A stretch of 53,608 bases of DNA from Aquificaceae bacterium (GCA_037924335.1 JAXSMZ010000002.1:16222-69829); one strand, 5' to 3'. Numbered from the stretch's first letter, positions 31,398-41,085 are shown. The notes: generated by a model not told the origin, from the letters alone. Numbers and translations: made by a program.

Positions 31398-32258
31398 ATG
31401 GATAAAAGGCCCAACATAAGCCTTATATTAGAGAGCTTTCAGCAATTGGAAAGAGCGTACATGGACCTCAAGAAGAACCTCTCCATACCAAAGGAAGAGT
31501 TTGTGAGTAACAGGCTACTTCTTGACAGAGTGCGCATAGACTTTAACTTGGCCTTTGAGAGCAGCATGAGGCCATGCAGACACCTTTCTATGGTCTATCA
31601 GCTCAAGGCTACATCTAAAGACTGTCTTATAAAGCTTGGAGAGTTCATAGGCATGGAACAAACAGAAGCATTGAAGGAGCTTACTGAATTTTACTTCAGA
31701 TACAGGGACCTAAAGGACGAAGTATCTCCAGAAGAACTCTACTATTTTCTAAATGATAATCTTGTGGTTTTTAGACAATACGCTCAGACGGTCATTGAGT
31801 ACATTAAAAGAACTACAAACAACAGATTGCTTATAGACTTTGACTTTCTGAACAAGAAGGCAAAGCATATAAAGGATTCTGTTAAAAAGATAAACTTTGT
31901 ACTATCCCAAGGCTTTGATGAGTTTAAAGAAAAGCCTATGTATCACGATAGGGTAAAGTACTTCTATCAAGTGGCCTACGATTCACTCTTTGATATATGT
32001 AAGCATTTGGCACCCAAGTTTGGAATAAAAAAGTTTGGGGATGATTGCCTCTCTAAGCTGGTGGAGATTGAAGTGATGCCTAAGGAGTACTACACAGACA
32101 TCATCAAAATGACAAATCTGAAGAACAAGCTTATAAGCACGTGGGAAGTATCTCCAGAAGAGCTATACAGCGTGCTGGTGGAAGTAAACGAAAAGTTTGA
32201 AACCATCCTTAAAGAGGTATCCAAGAGTCTCAAAGGGCTGATAGAGAAGAAAGGTTAG
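31398..32258 (+). CDS. Tandem HEPN (DUF86/HepT-like) domain protein with degenerate catalytic motifs
   Basis: Two similar ~140-aa halves (EEF...DRVR...CRHL...DCLIKL...EVSPEELY and DEF...DRVK...CKHL...DCLSKL...EVSPEELY) with DUF86-like spacing. Confidence 0.65.
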   Translation: MDKRPNISLILESFQQLERAYMDLKKNLSIPKEEFVSNRLLLDRVRIDFNLAFESSMRPCRHLSMVYQLKATSKDCLIKLGEFIGMEQTEALKELTEFYFRYRDLKDEVSPEELYYFLNDNLVVFRQYAQTVIEYIKRTTNNRLLIDFDFLNKKAKHIKDSVKKINFVLSQGFDEFKEKPMYHDRVKYFYQVAYDSLFDICKHLAPKFGIKKFGDDCLSKLVEIEVMPKEYYTDIIKMTNLKNKLISTWEVSPEELYSVLVEVNEKFETILKEVSKSLKGLIEKKG

Positions 32259-32273
32259 TGTTAAAATGCTCAT

Positions 32274-33074
32274 ATGCCAAAGCTTGAGCTGTGGAAGGAA
32301 AACATAGAAAAGAGGTTAAAGGAACTGCTCAGACCCTTTGAGCCAAAGGTGCTATACGATGCCATGTCCTACTATGTTTTTCAGGATGGCAAAAGGATAA
32401 GGCCTCTGCTTTTGTGTGCTGTAAGCGATGCACTTGGAGGTAACCAAGAGGATGCCATAACCGTGGGGTGTGCAGTAGAGTTCATACACAACTATTCTTT
32501 GGTGCACGATGACCTTCCAGCCATAGATAACGATACGTTAAGGAGGGGGAAGCCTACCTGCCATATCCTTTACGGTGAAGACATGGCTATACTTGCTGGG
32601 GACGGACTACTGAGCCTTACCTTTGAGGTACTCTCCAACAGAGAACTTTTTCATACTTTGGATGAGAAGGACCTTCTAAGGGTCATAAACATTCTGGCTG
32701 GAAAATCTGGTTATAGCGGTATGGTCGGTGGTCAGGTTATGGACATAAAGAGAATCGGAAGTAGTTGGGAAATAAGCTCCAAAAAGACAGCCTCCATATT
32801 TTCTGCTTGCTTCTCCTGCGGTGGATTGGTATCCAAAAAGTACCATATGGTTGAAAGTTTGGAAAACGTTGGCAGAGATGTGGGTATACTGTTTCAGATA
32901 GTTGATGATTATAAGGATAAAGATGGATTTTATCTCGTTTATGGAGAAGATACTGTAGAGTTGATTGAGAAAAATTATAGGGAGTGTTTGGATAAGTTAA
33001 ATGAGCTTGGTATTCTTACAGAGGTTATGTACAAACTCATTAAGAGCATAGTGTCCCCTGTGAGTTGTGTTTGA
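32274..33074 (+). CDS. ispA: Polyprenyl (farnesyl/geranylgeranyl) diphosphate synthase
   Basis: GKRIRP, HDDLPAIDNDTLRRG, GQVMD, FQIVDD. Confidence 0.88.
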   Translation: MPKLELWKENIEKRLKELLRPFEPKVLYDAMSYYVFQDGKRIRPLLLCAVSDALGGNQEDAITVGCAVEFIHNYSLVHDDLPAIDNDTLRRGKPTCHILYGEDMAILAGDGLLSLTFEVLSNRELFHTLDEKDLLRVINILAGKSGYSGMVGGQVMDIKRIGSSWEISSKKTASIFSACFSCGGLVSKKYHMVESLENVGRDVGILFQIVDDYKDKDGFYLVYGEDTVELIEKNYRECLDKLNELGILTEVMYKLIKSIVSPVSCV

Positions 33075-33534
33075 TCTGTAGTTTTGCTGTGTCCAGAAGC
33101 ATCTGGTAGGCATTCTCCCCATCGGAGTAGTACTTTATCCTCTCTCCAACTGTTTCAAAACCCAATGACCTGTAAAGCCTTATGGCTCTTATGTTAGATT
33201 TCCTAACATCCAATGAGATGCTCTTCACTCTTTCTTTAAACTTCTCTATGATGTATGACAGGAGACGCTTTCCGTAACCTAAGCCCCAGTGGTCTCTTTT
33301 TATGGCAAAGGTGATTATGTTGGCCGTGTCGTGTATGACCCAGAGGATACAGTATCCTATGATTTGACCATTAAGCTCCAACACAAACTTGTGAGAGTAA
33401 TCTAGAGCAAATTCTCTCTCGAAGGCTTGTCTGCTCCACGCATCTGTGCTGAAGCCTTCCCTGTTTATTTCTAAAACGGCATCTATGTCTCTTGGTTCCA
33501 TAGTCCTTATGGTGATGTTACCTTGGGTACTCAC
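33040..33534 (-). CDS. rimI: Ribosomal-protein-alanine N-acetyltransferase (GNAT)
   Basis: GLGYG, LDVRKSN, LYRSLGF, R-x-KYY-x-DGENA. Confidence 0.85.
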   Translation of the reverse strand: MSTQGNITIRTMEPRDIDAVLEINREGFSTDAWSRQAFEREFALDYSHKFVLELNGQIIGYCILWVIHDTANIITFAIKRDHWGLGYGKRLLSYIIEKFKERVKSISLDVRKSNIRAIRLYRSLGFETVGERIKYYSDGENAYQMLLDTAKLQIKHNSQGTLCS

Positions 33535-33886
33535 ACTTACCCTGAACTATGAGACTCCAGATAAGGAAAGCAACAGGTTCTGGCACGATCACAGTCTTCC
33601 TGTTGGCGCTTTGGCTCAGTATTTCATGAAGCTCGGTTCTTAGGACAGCATTCCCAGTCAGTTCAAAGAGTACGTCTATGGCATCTTCAAGGGACCTTAG
33701 CATGTCCCTGGCATCCCTAAAGTAGGCTATTCCCTTTCCCTTTGCAATGTTTACGCTTTCCAAGTCTTCTCTAGGTTCTGCTACAGCAACTACCTTTACG
33801 CCCTCAGTGTTAACGCTGAGTAAAGCTTCAAGAAACTGGCTACCAACCCTTCCAAGCCCGGCTATAGCTACGTTTATACGCCTCAA
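33518..33886 (-). CDS. Small stand-alone NAD(P)-binding Rossmann-fold protein
   Basis: VAIAGLGRVG, VVAVAE, DVLFELTG; TTG start with SD GGAGG. Confidence 0.7.
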   Translation of the reverse strand: MRRINVAIAGLGRVGSQFLEALLSVNTEGVKVVAVAEPREDLESVNIAKGKGIAYFRDARDMLRSLEDAIDVLFELTGNAVLRTELHEILSQSANRKTVIVPEPVAFLIWSLIVQGKCEYPR

Positions 33887-33926
33887 TTCTAAACCTCCTG
33901 GTATAATTATTATACATAAGGAGGGT

Positions 33927-34169
33927 ATGATGAGAAGGGTTTTTATCTTCTTGATGTTTCTTGGCTTTTCTTATGCGGACTGTCCAGCAAGCATAAGCAT
34001 GGAGGAAGCCATAAGAGTTGGAAAATCTTACGTGGGTGAAGTTTTATCCTCCAGCAGAGGGAAGAACAGAAAGACAGGAGAATGCTATTACAGGATAAGG
34101 GGGAAAGCTGGAACGGCCATCATAGACGCTAATGATGGTAAACTGGTAAGGTTTTACAGAAGTAGATGA
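33927..34169 (+). CDS. Small exported PepSY-domain protein (start reassigned to ATG 33927)
   Basis: SD AAGGAGG, signal peptide, ISMEEAI...YYRI...IDANDGK. Confidence 0.7.
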   Translation: MMRRVFIFLMFLGFSYADCPASISMEEAIRVGKSYVGEVLSSSRGKNRKTGECYYRIRGKAGTAIIDANDGKLVRFYRSR

Positions 34170-34170
34170 G

Positions 34171-35583
34171 TTAGCATGCCTGGCATCCACCGAGTACCAT
34201 AGACTTTATCCTAAGCGTAGGTTGAGCATCCGCAACGGGCACTCCCTGATTGTCTTTTCCGCATGTGCCTATGCTCCATCCCAGGTCTCTTCCAACCGCA
34301 TCTACATCCTGTAAAGCTTTGGGGCCATTTCCCAAAAGCACCGCAGACCTTATGGGATAGGTTATCTCCCCGTTTTCTATCATGTATCCCTCCATAACCT
34401 CAAACACAAAGTCCCCTGTCACAGTGTTTACTTCACCACCGCCCATCTTTACTACATAAACGCCCCTTTTTGTGTCTTTTATTATGTCCTCTAAGTCTGA
34501 ATCACCAGGTGCAACGTATGTGTTTGTCATCCTTACAATGGGTATGTGGGCATAACTCTGCCTTCTGCCGTTTCCAGTAGACCTTTTATCTTCCCTCATA
34601 GCGGTGAGCCTGTCGTACATGTAGCCAACAAGATGACCTTTTTCTATCAGAACCTTTTTCTGAGCCATTACACCTTCATCATCAACGGTGTAAGAGCCGT
34701 TGTATCCTTCTATCGTGGCGTCATCTATGACAGTTACTAGATCGCTTGCTACCTTCTGCCCTATTTTCCCTTTGTAAACGGATAGTCCCTTCTGCACCAA
34801 GTCAGCCTCAAGTCCATGCCCCACTGCTTCGTGTATCATAGTTCCACCAGCTTGAGAAGACAAAACTACCGTGAATGTGCCAGCTGGTGCAGGTTTTGCA
34901 GAAAGCATAAGAAGAGACCTTTCTGCTGCCCTTTTGGCTATCAGCTCTGGTGGATTCTCCTCCAGTACCTCAAAGCCTTTTGACCCACCGGCCGATTCGT
35001 AACCCCTTTGAAGTAAAATCCCATCTCCTGCCACAACTTCAGTGAAGAATACCACCTTTTTTTGGACATCTTCAGCCATTTCTCCAAGGTTGTTTAGGAT
35101 AAGGATATCCCTAGTCTTATCGCTTAAAACCACAGTGACTTGCTTTATTCTATCCCCATAGCTTCTTGCCGTATCGTTAGCCCTTTTTAAAAACTCAATC
35201 CTGTAAGTTATGTCTTTATCGTCTATGTCTACCTTTACATCCGTCCATCCCTTTATGTACCTTTTCCCAAAGGCAACAAAACCATCACCGTTGCTCCTTG
35301 CCAAATTACCGGTGAGGTTCATGAGGTTTTCAAAGGTTATATCCGTCGTGTAGCCATAGTAAGTTTTTCCATCCTTTATAAGCCTTATGCCCACACCCTC
35401 GTCCACGCCCCATTGAACCTTGCTTATCTTGTTATCTTCCAAGCTTATCCTGCATACTCTTGACCTCTCGTAGAATATCTCCCCATACTCCCCCCCTCCA
35501 GACATTAAGTTGGATAGCACATTACCAGACCTTTCTCTCAGCATATCTTTCACATCTTCTACGTTCAGCACTTTGTCTGACAT
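34171..35583 (-). CDS. tldD: TldD family metalloprotease
   Basis: HEAVGHGLEAD, STGNGRR, RMTNT, GTCGK-x2-QGVPV. Confidence 0.93.
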   Translation of the reverse strand: MSDKVLNVEDVKDMLRERSGNVLSNLMSGGGEYGEIFYERSRVCRISLEDNKISKVQWGVDEGVGIRLIKDGKTYYGYTTDITFENLMNLTGNLARSNGDGFVAFGKRYIKGWTDVKVDIDDKDITYRIEFLKRANDTARSYGDRIKQVTVVLSDKTRDILILNNLGEMAEDVQKKVVFFTEVVAGDGILLQRGYESAGGSKGFEVLEENPPELIAKRAAERSLLMLSAKPAPAGTFTVVLSSQAGGTMIHEAVGHGLEADLVQKGLSVYKGKIGQKVASDLVTVIDDATIEGYNGSYTVDDEGVMAQKKVLIEKGHLVGYMYDRLTAMREDKRSTGNGRRQSYAHIPIVRMTNTYVAPGDSDLEDIIKDTKRGVYVVKMGGGEVNTVTGDFVFEVMEGYMIENGEITYPIRSAVLLGNGPKALQDVDAVGRDLGWSIGTCGKDNQGVPVADAQPTLRIKSMVLGGCQAC

Positions 35584-35615
35584 GCTTGGTATTATAACAT
35601 GGTAAAATGCTATTC

Positions 35616-36233
35616 ATGCTATCTCTGAAGTTCGACAAAAATGGGCTTTTGCCAGTTGTGGTGCAGGACTATAGGACGGGTGAGGTTAGAATGTTCGCTT
35701 GGGCTAATAAGGAAGCTATTGAAAAGACTCTTCAGACAGGGTACGCTCATTACTACTCAAGGTCAAGGGGTGGTTTGTGGAAAAAAGGAGAAACTTCTGG
35801 AAACCTCCAGAGAGTAATTGAAATAAGGCTAGACTGCGACGAGGATGCTGTTCTTTATGTGGTAGAACAGGTTGGAGAAGCTTGCCACACTGGGGAAAGG
35901 AACTGTTTCTTTAGAGACATTGAGGGTGAAAGGATAAAGAGGGTTCTTCCCTTTGAAACTCTCCAAAGGCTTCAAGAGGTCATAAGGCAGAGGATAGAAG
36001 AAAAAAGGGAAAACTCTTACACTTACAGGCTCTACCAAGAGGGAGAAGACAGGATACTCCAGAAGTTTGGTGAAGAAGCGATAGAGAGCCTTATAGCCTT
36101 GAAGAATTCAAAGTTTGAGGAGATAAGGGCTGAGCTTGCAGACATGCTTTACCATATGGTTCTCATGCTTACAGTGAGGGGAATGGATGTTTCTGAGGTA
36201 TTTGAAGAGCTTGGAAGGAGGTTTAAAAGATGA
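35616..36233 (+). CDS. hisIE: Bifunctional phosphoribosyl-AMP cyclohydrolase / phosphoribosyl-ATP pyrophosphatase (start 35607 or 35616)
   Basis: [19 protein letters not shown]-x2-NCF, SYT, KFGEEA, ADMLYH. Confidence 0.95.
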   Translation: MLSLKFDKNGLLPVVVQDYRTGEVRMFAWANKEAIEKTLQTGYAHYYSRSRGGLWKKGETSGNLQRVIEIRLDCDEDAVLYVVEQVGEACHTGERNCFFRDIEGERIKRVLPFETLQRLQEVIRQRIEEKRENSYTYRLYQEGEDRILQKFGEEAIESLIALKNSKFEEIRAELADMLYHMVLMLTVRGMDVSEVFEELGRRFKR

Positions 36234-37366
36234 GTGTTCTTATGGGTGTGGGAACTGCAGGACTAAAAGGTTCTGGTAAGCCAGACCTTTTGGTGGTTTT
36301 GCTACCGCAGTCTTGCACAGCTTCCTTTGTCTTTACCAACAACCACTTTAAGTCTGGTAGCATCATCTATTCGCAGAGTGTTTTTGAAAGCAAAGGTGTT
36401 ATCAGGGCTCTTGTGATAAACAGCGGGAATGCAAACTGTGGTGTTGGGAAAGAAGGCATCTTGCATGCTGAGCTTATGGCCAAGCAAGTGGCTAAAGACC
36501 TTGACGTTGACCAGGATGAGGTTCTTGTCTTTTCCACTGGTCTAATAGGTAAACCAATGCCCATAGAGGGAGTTCTCAAGGCTATAGATAAAGCATGCTC
36601 AATCCTTGAACCGCTTGACCTAAAAAGAGCCAGTGAAGTTATATCTACAACTGATAGGTTTCCCAAGTACGATTTTATAAAAAAGGGGCAGCTTGAAATT
36701 TACGGATTTGCCAAAGGAGCTGGTATGATACATCCAGATATGGCTACCATGTTGGCTTTTACCTTCACCAATGCAAGGGTGGACAGTTTTACCCTTTCCC
36801 AGATACAGAAGGAGGTCGTAGAGAGAACTTTTAACTCCATAAGCGTTGATGGGTGTACTAGCACCAACGATAGCTTTGGCATAATCAGCCTTGGAATTGT
36901 TAAGGATGAGGTTGAAAACGTAAGGCAAGCAATGCACGAAATTTCCTTAAGCCTTGCAAAGAAGATAGTGGAAGATGGAGAGGGTGCCACTAGGCTCATA
37001 AAAGTTACTGTCAAACGTGCATCTTTGGAGCTCAAGGCAAAAGTTATAGCCCAAAAGATAGCCACATCTAACCTTGTAAAGGCGGCCGTTTTTGGGAAGG
37101 ACCCAAACTGGGGAAGAGTCTTAGCTGCAGCCGGTTCTACAGCCTTTCCAATAGACCAGTTCAGTCTAAAGCTCTACATAGGCGATCATCTTGTATACGA
37201 TGGAAGGCCTCATCTAAAAGCTCTTGAAAAGGCAAAGGAGTACATGGATGATAACAAGGAGATAGATATAGTCTTGGACCTTGCTGAAGGAAAGGAAAGC
37301 TGGACCTACTACAGCTCTGACCTTTCTTATGATTATATCAAGATAAACTCTGAGTACAGCACTTAG
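36230..37366 (+). CDS. argJ: Glutamate N-acetyltransferase (ornithine acetyltransferase)
   Basis: [36 protein letters not shown]. Confidence 0.95.
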   Translation: MSVLMGVGTAGLKGSGKPDLLVVLLPQSCTASFVFTNNHFKSGSIIYSQSVFESKGVIRALVINSGNANCGVGKEGILHAELMAKQVAKDLDVDQDEVLVFSTGLIGKPMPIEGVLKAIDKACSILEPLDLKRASEVISTTDRFPKYDFIKKGQLEIYGFAKGAGMIHPDMATMLAFTFTNARVDSFTLSQIQKEVVERTFNSISVDGCTSTNDSFGIISLGIVKDEVENVRQAMHEISLSLAKKIVEDGEGATRLIKVTVKRASLELKAKVIAQKIATSNLVKAAVFGKDPNWGRVLAAAGSTAFPIDQFSLKLYIGDHLVYDGRPHLKALEKAKEYMDDNKEIDIVLDLAEGKESWTYYSSDLSYDYIKINSEYST

Positions 37367-37650
37367 CGCTTTTCGTGAAAAACAACCACTACCCTCCACA
37401 TGATGGGAGGAATGAAAAGATAGATTACTATGCTTATGAGTATTATAACCTTCCAAAGGATGTCTAAGTAATCCATGCTTATCATACCAAGGCCAGACAT
37501 AAACTGAAGTATCCCAAATCCATAGGACAGCCTTACAAGAGATGGGAGGCTGTTAAGCCTCCCCAATGCGTAAAGAATGGCATAAAAACCAGCAAAGAGG
37601 ACCATAAGAAAGCCGTAAAGCATGAGTCTGTAGAGAATATCAGCTAGCAA
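37363..37650 (-). CDS. Small 3-TM membrane protein coupled to norB
   Basis: 95-aa hydrophobic ORF overlapping the norB stop. Confidence 0.7.
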   Translation of the reverse strand: MLADILYRLMLYGFLMVLFAGFYAILYALGRLNSLPSLVRLSYGFGILQFMSGLGMISMDYLDILWKVIILISIVIYLFIPPIMWRVVVVFHEKR

Positions 37651-39049
37651 CCTTAGCCTCCTTTATCTTTTCCACTCTCCTTCCAGCTGTCAAAAGGTCA
37701 ATAAGAAGAACAACGTAGGAAAGGATAAAGAGGATTCCAAAGAGTAGTCTCCATACAAAAGCCCTTTCCATCCATGGATGCATCTGAGCTTGGATGAAAG
37801 CTTCCCATGTACTTCCGAGGGTTGCTCTTTCTATCATAGTCTGGGCAAAGCCAGCTACAGTGAGAGCTGCGACCATTCCAAATATGCTTATTATCATACC
37901 AACATAGGCAAGCTTCCATGTAGGACCGTTTAGTATGTACCCCTCTTTAACCCTCGTTTTTCCTAAGGCAAAGTAGAAAAGGGCAAGGTTTGCTGCTACG
38001 TACGCTCCAAAGAAGGCAAGGTGTCCATGGGCTGCTGCCAGCTGTGTTCCATGGCTAAAGAGGTTTATCTGAGGCAATGTGTGCATAAAGCCCCAAACAC
38101 CAGCACCAAAGAGGTTTCCAAAGGCTTGAGCAAAGAGCCAGAAGAGTGCTGGTCTGTTTACCGTTTGAAGCCTGTGAACACCAGCATCGTAAACAGCATG
38201 GATTATCATAGCTACCAAAGGTAGTGGCTCAAGGGATGAAAAGAACCCACCTATACCAAGCCAATATTCAGGTGTTCCTATCCAATAGTAGTGATGCCCG
38301 AGTCCTAAGATACCAGTTCCAAAGACAAGCATAACCTCAATGTATAGCCACGCCTCTATTATCTTCCTTGGTGTTCCAAGAAGGTGCATGAGAAGCCATC
38401 CCATAAGGACACCTACTAGCACTTCCCAAGTTGCCTCAACCCAAAGGTGCACAACCCACCACCACCAAAACTGGTCAACAGATATGTTAGAGGTGAAGAA
38501 CATCCCTGCAAGATAAAGACCAAAGAGAGCGGAAAGGTCAACCATTAAGACGCCAAGTATACCCGTGATTTTTCTGCTTGCTATGGTTGTCGCTACAACG
38601 TTGTAAGCCACTATAAGAGCAACAGCCACTATACCTATATCTGCCCATCTTGGTGCCTCTATGTATTCCCTACCCTCTGTTATGAACCAAAGGGTGAAAA
38701 AGTCCCCCTTTCCTGTCTGCTTGAGAAGGAATACAAGAACCACTATAGCCACAGCACCAACAAAGGCAAAGTAGGCAAGCTTACCAAGCTTTATACCTAC
38801 AACCTCTCTTTCCGTCTCGAGGGGTAAAAACCAGTAAATACCAGCTATAAAGCCCATCAGAAGCCAAACAACCATAGCGTTTATGTGAAGCATCCTGTTG
38901 GTCATGAAGTTTAAAGTCCCATAGAGAAAGTCTGGGTTTATGAACTGATAGGCTGATATTAGACCAAAGAGCAATTGCGCACCAAAGAGAGCAATAGCAG
39001 TCCAAAAGTACCAAAGGGCTAACTTTTGAGACTCATAAAGCCTTTCCAT
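37640..39049 (-). CDS. norB: Nitric oxide reductase large subunit (cytochrome b), cNOR
   Basis: GREYIE, WWWVVHLWVEATWE, GHHYY, HGHLAFFG. Confidence 0.95.
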   Translation of the reverse strand: MERLYESQKLALWYFWTAIALFGAQLLFGLISAYQFINPDFLYGTLNFMTNRMLHINAMVVWLLMGFIAGIYWFLPLETEREVVGIKLGKLAYFAFVGAVAIVVLVFLLKQTGKGDFFTLWFITEGREYIEAPRWADIGIVAVALIVAYNVVATTIASRKITGILGVLMVDLSALFGLYLAGMFFTSNISVDQFWWWWVVHLWVEATWEVLVGVLMGWLLMHLLGTPRKIIEAWLYIEVMLVFGTGILGLGHHYYWIGTPEYWLGIGGFFSSLEPLPLVAMIIHAVYDAGVHRLQTVNRPALFWLFAQAFGNLFGAGVWGFMHTLPQINLFSHGTQLAAAHGHLAFFGAYVAANLALFYFALGKTRVKEGYILNGPTWKLAYVGMIISIFGMVAALTVAGFAQTMIERATLGSTWEAFIQAQMHPWMERAFVWRLLFGILFILSYVVLLIDLLTAGRRVEKIKEAKVAS

Positions 39050-39061
39050 GATTATACCTCC

Positions 39062-39733
39062 TTACTGAACTTTAATCTCTGGAAAGTTTGCAGGGAAGCC
39101 GTTTGTATCTATCGAAGACATATATTTGAGATAAGCGACCACAGCTATCGCTTCTTCTTCATCAAGTCCTAACTTGGGCATCCTCCTTGTCCATGTGGGG
39201 TACTTGTCCGGATGCATCAAAAAGGTCTTTATGGCCTCCTCCCTTGACTTTGCTCCAGTTACAGGCATCATCTGCCTTTCCCACTTGGGGTCAAGCCAAG
39301 CTTTAGTAAGGTCTGGTGCGTAGTAGGCACCGTTCCCAAGAAGAGTATGACAGTCCATACAGTTCCTGCTTTGAATAACAAGCTTACCCTTTGTTATAAG
39401 CTTTTCTGCTTCCTTCTCATCCCAAAGCTTTCCAAAAAATCCCACCTCCTTCCCAAAAACTGGCTCTTGGGCTCTCCTGTCCGGATTGTAAACATAGCCT
39501 ATCTCGCGGTTGATAACAGTTGGCGATGGAACCCTTTTGCTACCCATGCTTATCTTTCTAGAGGTGTCTAGGGTGAGAAGGACAAGGGATACTGTCATAA
39601 CCACACTAGTGACAGTAGCGGCTACCTTCCAAAAGCCTGGCTCTATCCAATGCCGGCCCCTTGCAAGGATAAGGCTGATAACTATGGAGATGAAGAGGGT
39701 TGCTACAACCACCTCCAGCCATCCTACCTTCAT
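39062..39733 (-). CDS. norC: Nitric oxide reductase cytochrome c subunit
   Basis: Two N-terminal TM segments, CMDCHTLLGNGAYYAPDLT, RRMP. Confidence 0.93.
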   Translation of the reverse strand: MKVGWLEVVVATLFISIVISLILARGRHWIEPGFWKVAATVTSVVMTVSLVLLTLDTSRKISMGSKRVPSPTVINREIGYVYNPDRRAQEPVFGKEVGFFGKLWDEKEAEKLITKGKLVIQSRNCMDCHTLLGNGAYYAPDLTKAWLDPKWERQMMPVTGAKSREEAIKTFLMHPDKYPTWTRRMPKLGLDEEEAIAVVAYLKYMSSIDTNGFPANFPEIKVQ

Positions 39734-39760
39734 GTTCCACCTCCTTACTAAACATTTACT

Positions 39761-39795
39761 TACATTAATGTAGTACTTTCTTATAAAATTGTCAA
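39761..39795 (-). promoter_or_regulatory. norC promoter TTGACA-17-TACATT with a 12-bp palindrome over the -10
   Basis: -35 at 39790-39795, -10 at 39767-39772; TACATTAATGTA at 39761-39772. Confidence 0.55.
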
Positions 39796-39810
39796 GATTT
39801 CATTAAAAGC

Positions 39811-40392
39811 CTAACACGCTGGTGTCAGGTATATGGGTTCTAGGAGAAATGGGTCATCTCCACTGTATCCAGAGGAGATCTTTTTATAAGATTCCAAGCC
39901 TCCATAGAGGGAGAAAGGGAAGCACTCAAGGACTATCCCACTCTCTATGCCTTGACCTTTCAAGCTTATGGTTCTTTCTAAGTCAAGCTCTTGTAAGCTG
40001 ACTACCTTTAAATCGGAGATCCCTCTTTCATCTAAGGTCCTTGCAAAGAGTCTGTTACTTACCTTTAGACAGGCTGCGCATGGGAGAGGTGCTCGTGTGT
40101 ATCTGAGTATAAGCTCCAAGTTTTCGTATCCCACTATAGGTTTTTTAAAAAGATAAGCCCAGGTCTTCATAAAGGTTATACCTATCCTAAGGGATGTTAG
40201 GTATCCAACTCCCAGAGAGACAGAGTATGCATCGTACTCTTGTGGCTCTATGCCCATATCTTGAAAGGTCTTTGGTAGGTTTTCAAGCGTTTTTTTGTTG
40301 TTGTCCAAGTAAAAAAGAAGAGTGGGCTTTCCGTTTTCTATGGCAGAGAAATTTAGAAAAGAAAAGGAGGTGTCAAGGGAAAGTATTTTCAC
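39811..40392 (-). CDS. tsaB: tRNA threonylcarbamoyladenosine biosynthesis protein TsaB (divergent)
   Basis: MKILSLDTS, GVGYLTSLRIG (cf. GPGSFTGLRIG), LEPIYL. Confidence 0.75.
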   Translation of the reverse strand: MKILSLDTSFSFLNFSAIENGKPTLLFYLDNNKKTLENLPKTFQDMGIEPQEYDAYSVSLGVGYLTSLRIGITFMKTWAYLFKKPIVGYENLELILRYTRAPLPCAACLKVSNRLFARTLDERGISDLKVVSLQELDLERTISLKGQGIESGIVLECFPFSLYGGLESYKKISSGYSGDDPFLLEPIYLTPAC

Positions 40393-40461
40393 AGAACATT
40401 ATTATAATTAAATACTCCAACAAGGAGGTCAAATATGCAAAAAGAATTCTACCACAATATC

Positions 40462-40842
40462 CTATCTAATGGGATAGACACTCCTTACCGCTTCTTGTAT
40501 CCCCATTAGCTCGTCGCTTACCACTACAAGTATGTCCTCTACTCCTCTTGCCTTGAGGTCATTTAGAACATTTACCCAAAAGCTGGCACTTTCCTGTTTT
40601 GCAAGCCAAAAGCCAAGTATCTCCTTGTAGCCATCTGTGTCTATGCCAGCTACCACATACAGGGCTTTCTTTACCACCTTGTCTGCTTCCTTGACTGTAG
40701 GGAACATATATATTTAGACAAAGCAGATGTCTTTGAGTAGCTCACTGAACTCCTTGCGGTATTGTTCTACTTTTTCCTTACTTGGCTGTCTCATGTTAAC
40801 ACCTCCTTACTTTATTTTTACACAATGGATGAAACACTCCCC
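40462..40842 (-). mobile_element. IS256-family transposase remnant with one terminal IR
   Basis: End GGGAGTGTTTCATCCATTGTGTAAA, SD and ATG at 40794, then KALYVVAGIDTDGYKEILGFW...ESASFWVNVLNDLKARGVEDILVVVSD...GIQEAVRSVYP (Mutator-type core); internally deleted and truncated. Confidence 0.85.
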
Positions 40843-40848
40843 AAGTAG

Positions 40849-41069
40849 GTCATATGTGATAAGGCATACAAGGATTATCTGATGGAGGACATTTTAAGGG
40901 AAGAGGGCATACTGCTTACACCCTTAAGGATAGCAGGTATGAGGGTGATCGGTATGATACCTTACTCTGTTAGTCTGCGTGGGCTTCTTATAAAAATCTA
41001 TACTGCTGTGGTTTCCTACAATCTATATAGAATGTGGAAAATGAACCTAATATAACTTGCAACTTGCGT
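40849..41069 (+). mobile_element. IS982-family transposase 3' remnant with right end
   Basis: VICDKAYKDYLMEDILREEGILLTPLR...SLRGLLIKIYTAVVSYNLY... stop at 41053-41055, followed by CTTGCAACTTGCGT resembling IS982 right IRs; not in the ORF track. Confidence 0.65.
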
Positions 41070-41085
41070 TATTATAATAAATGGA

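Noticed and set aside
39780..39810. DNR/FNR box upstream of norC
   Set aside because: The best candidates match only one half-site (TTGAC), which is better explained as the -35 hexamer.
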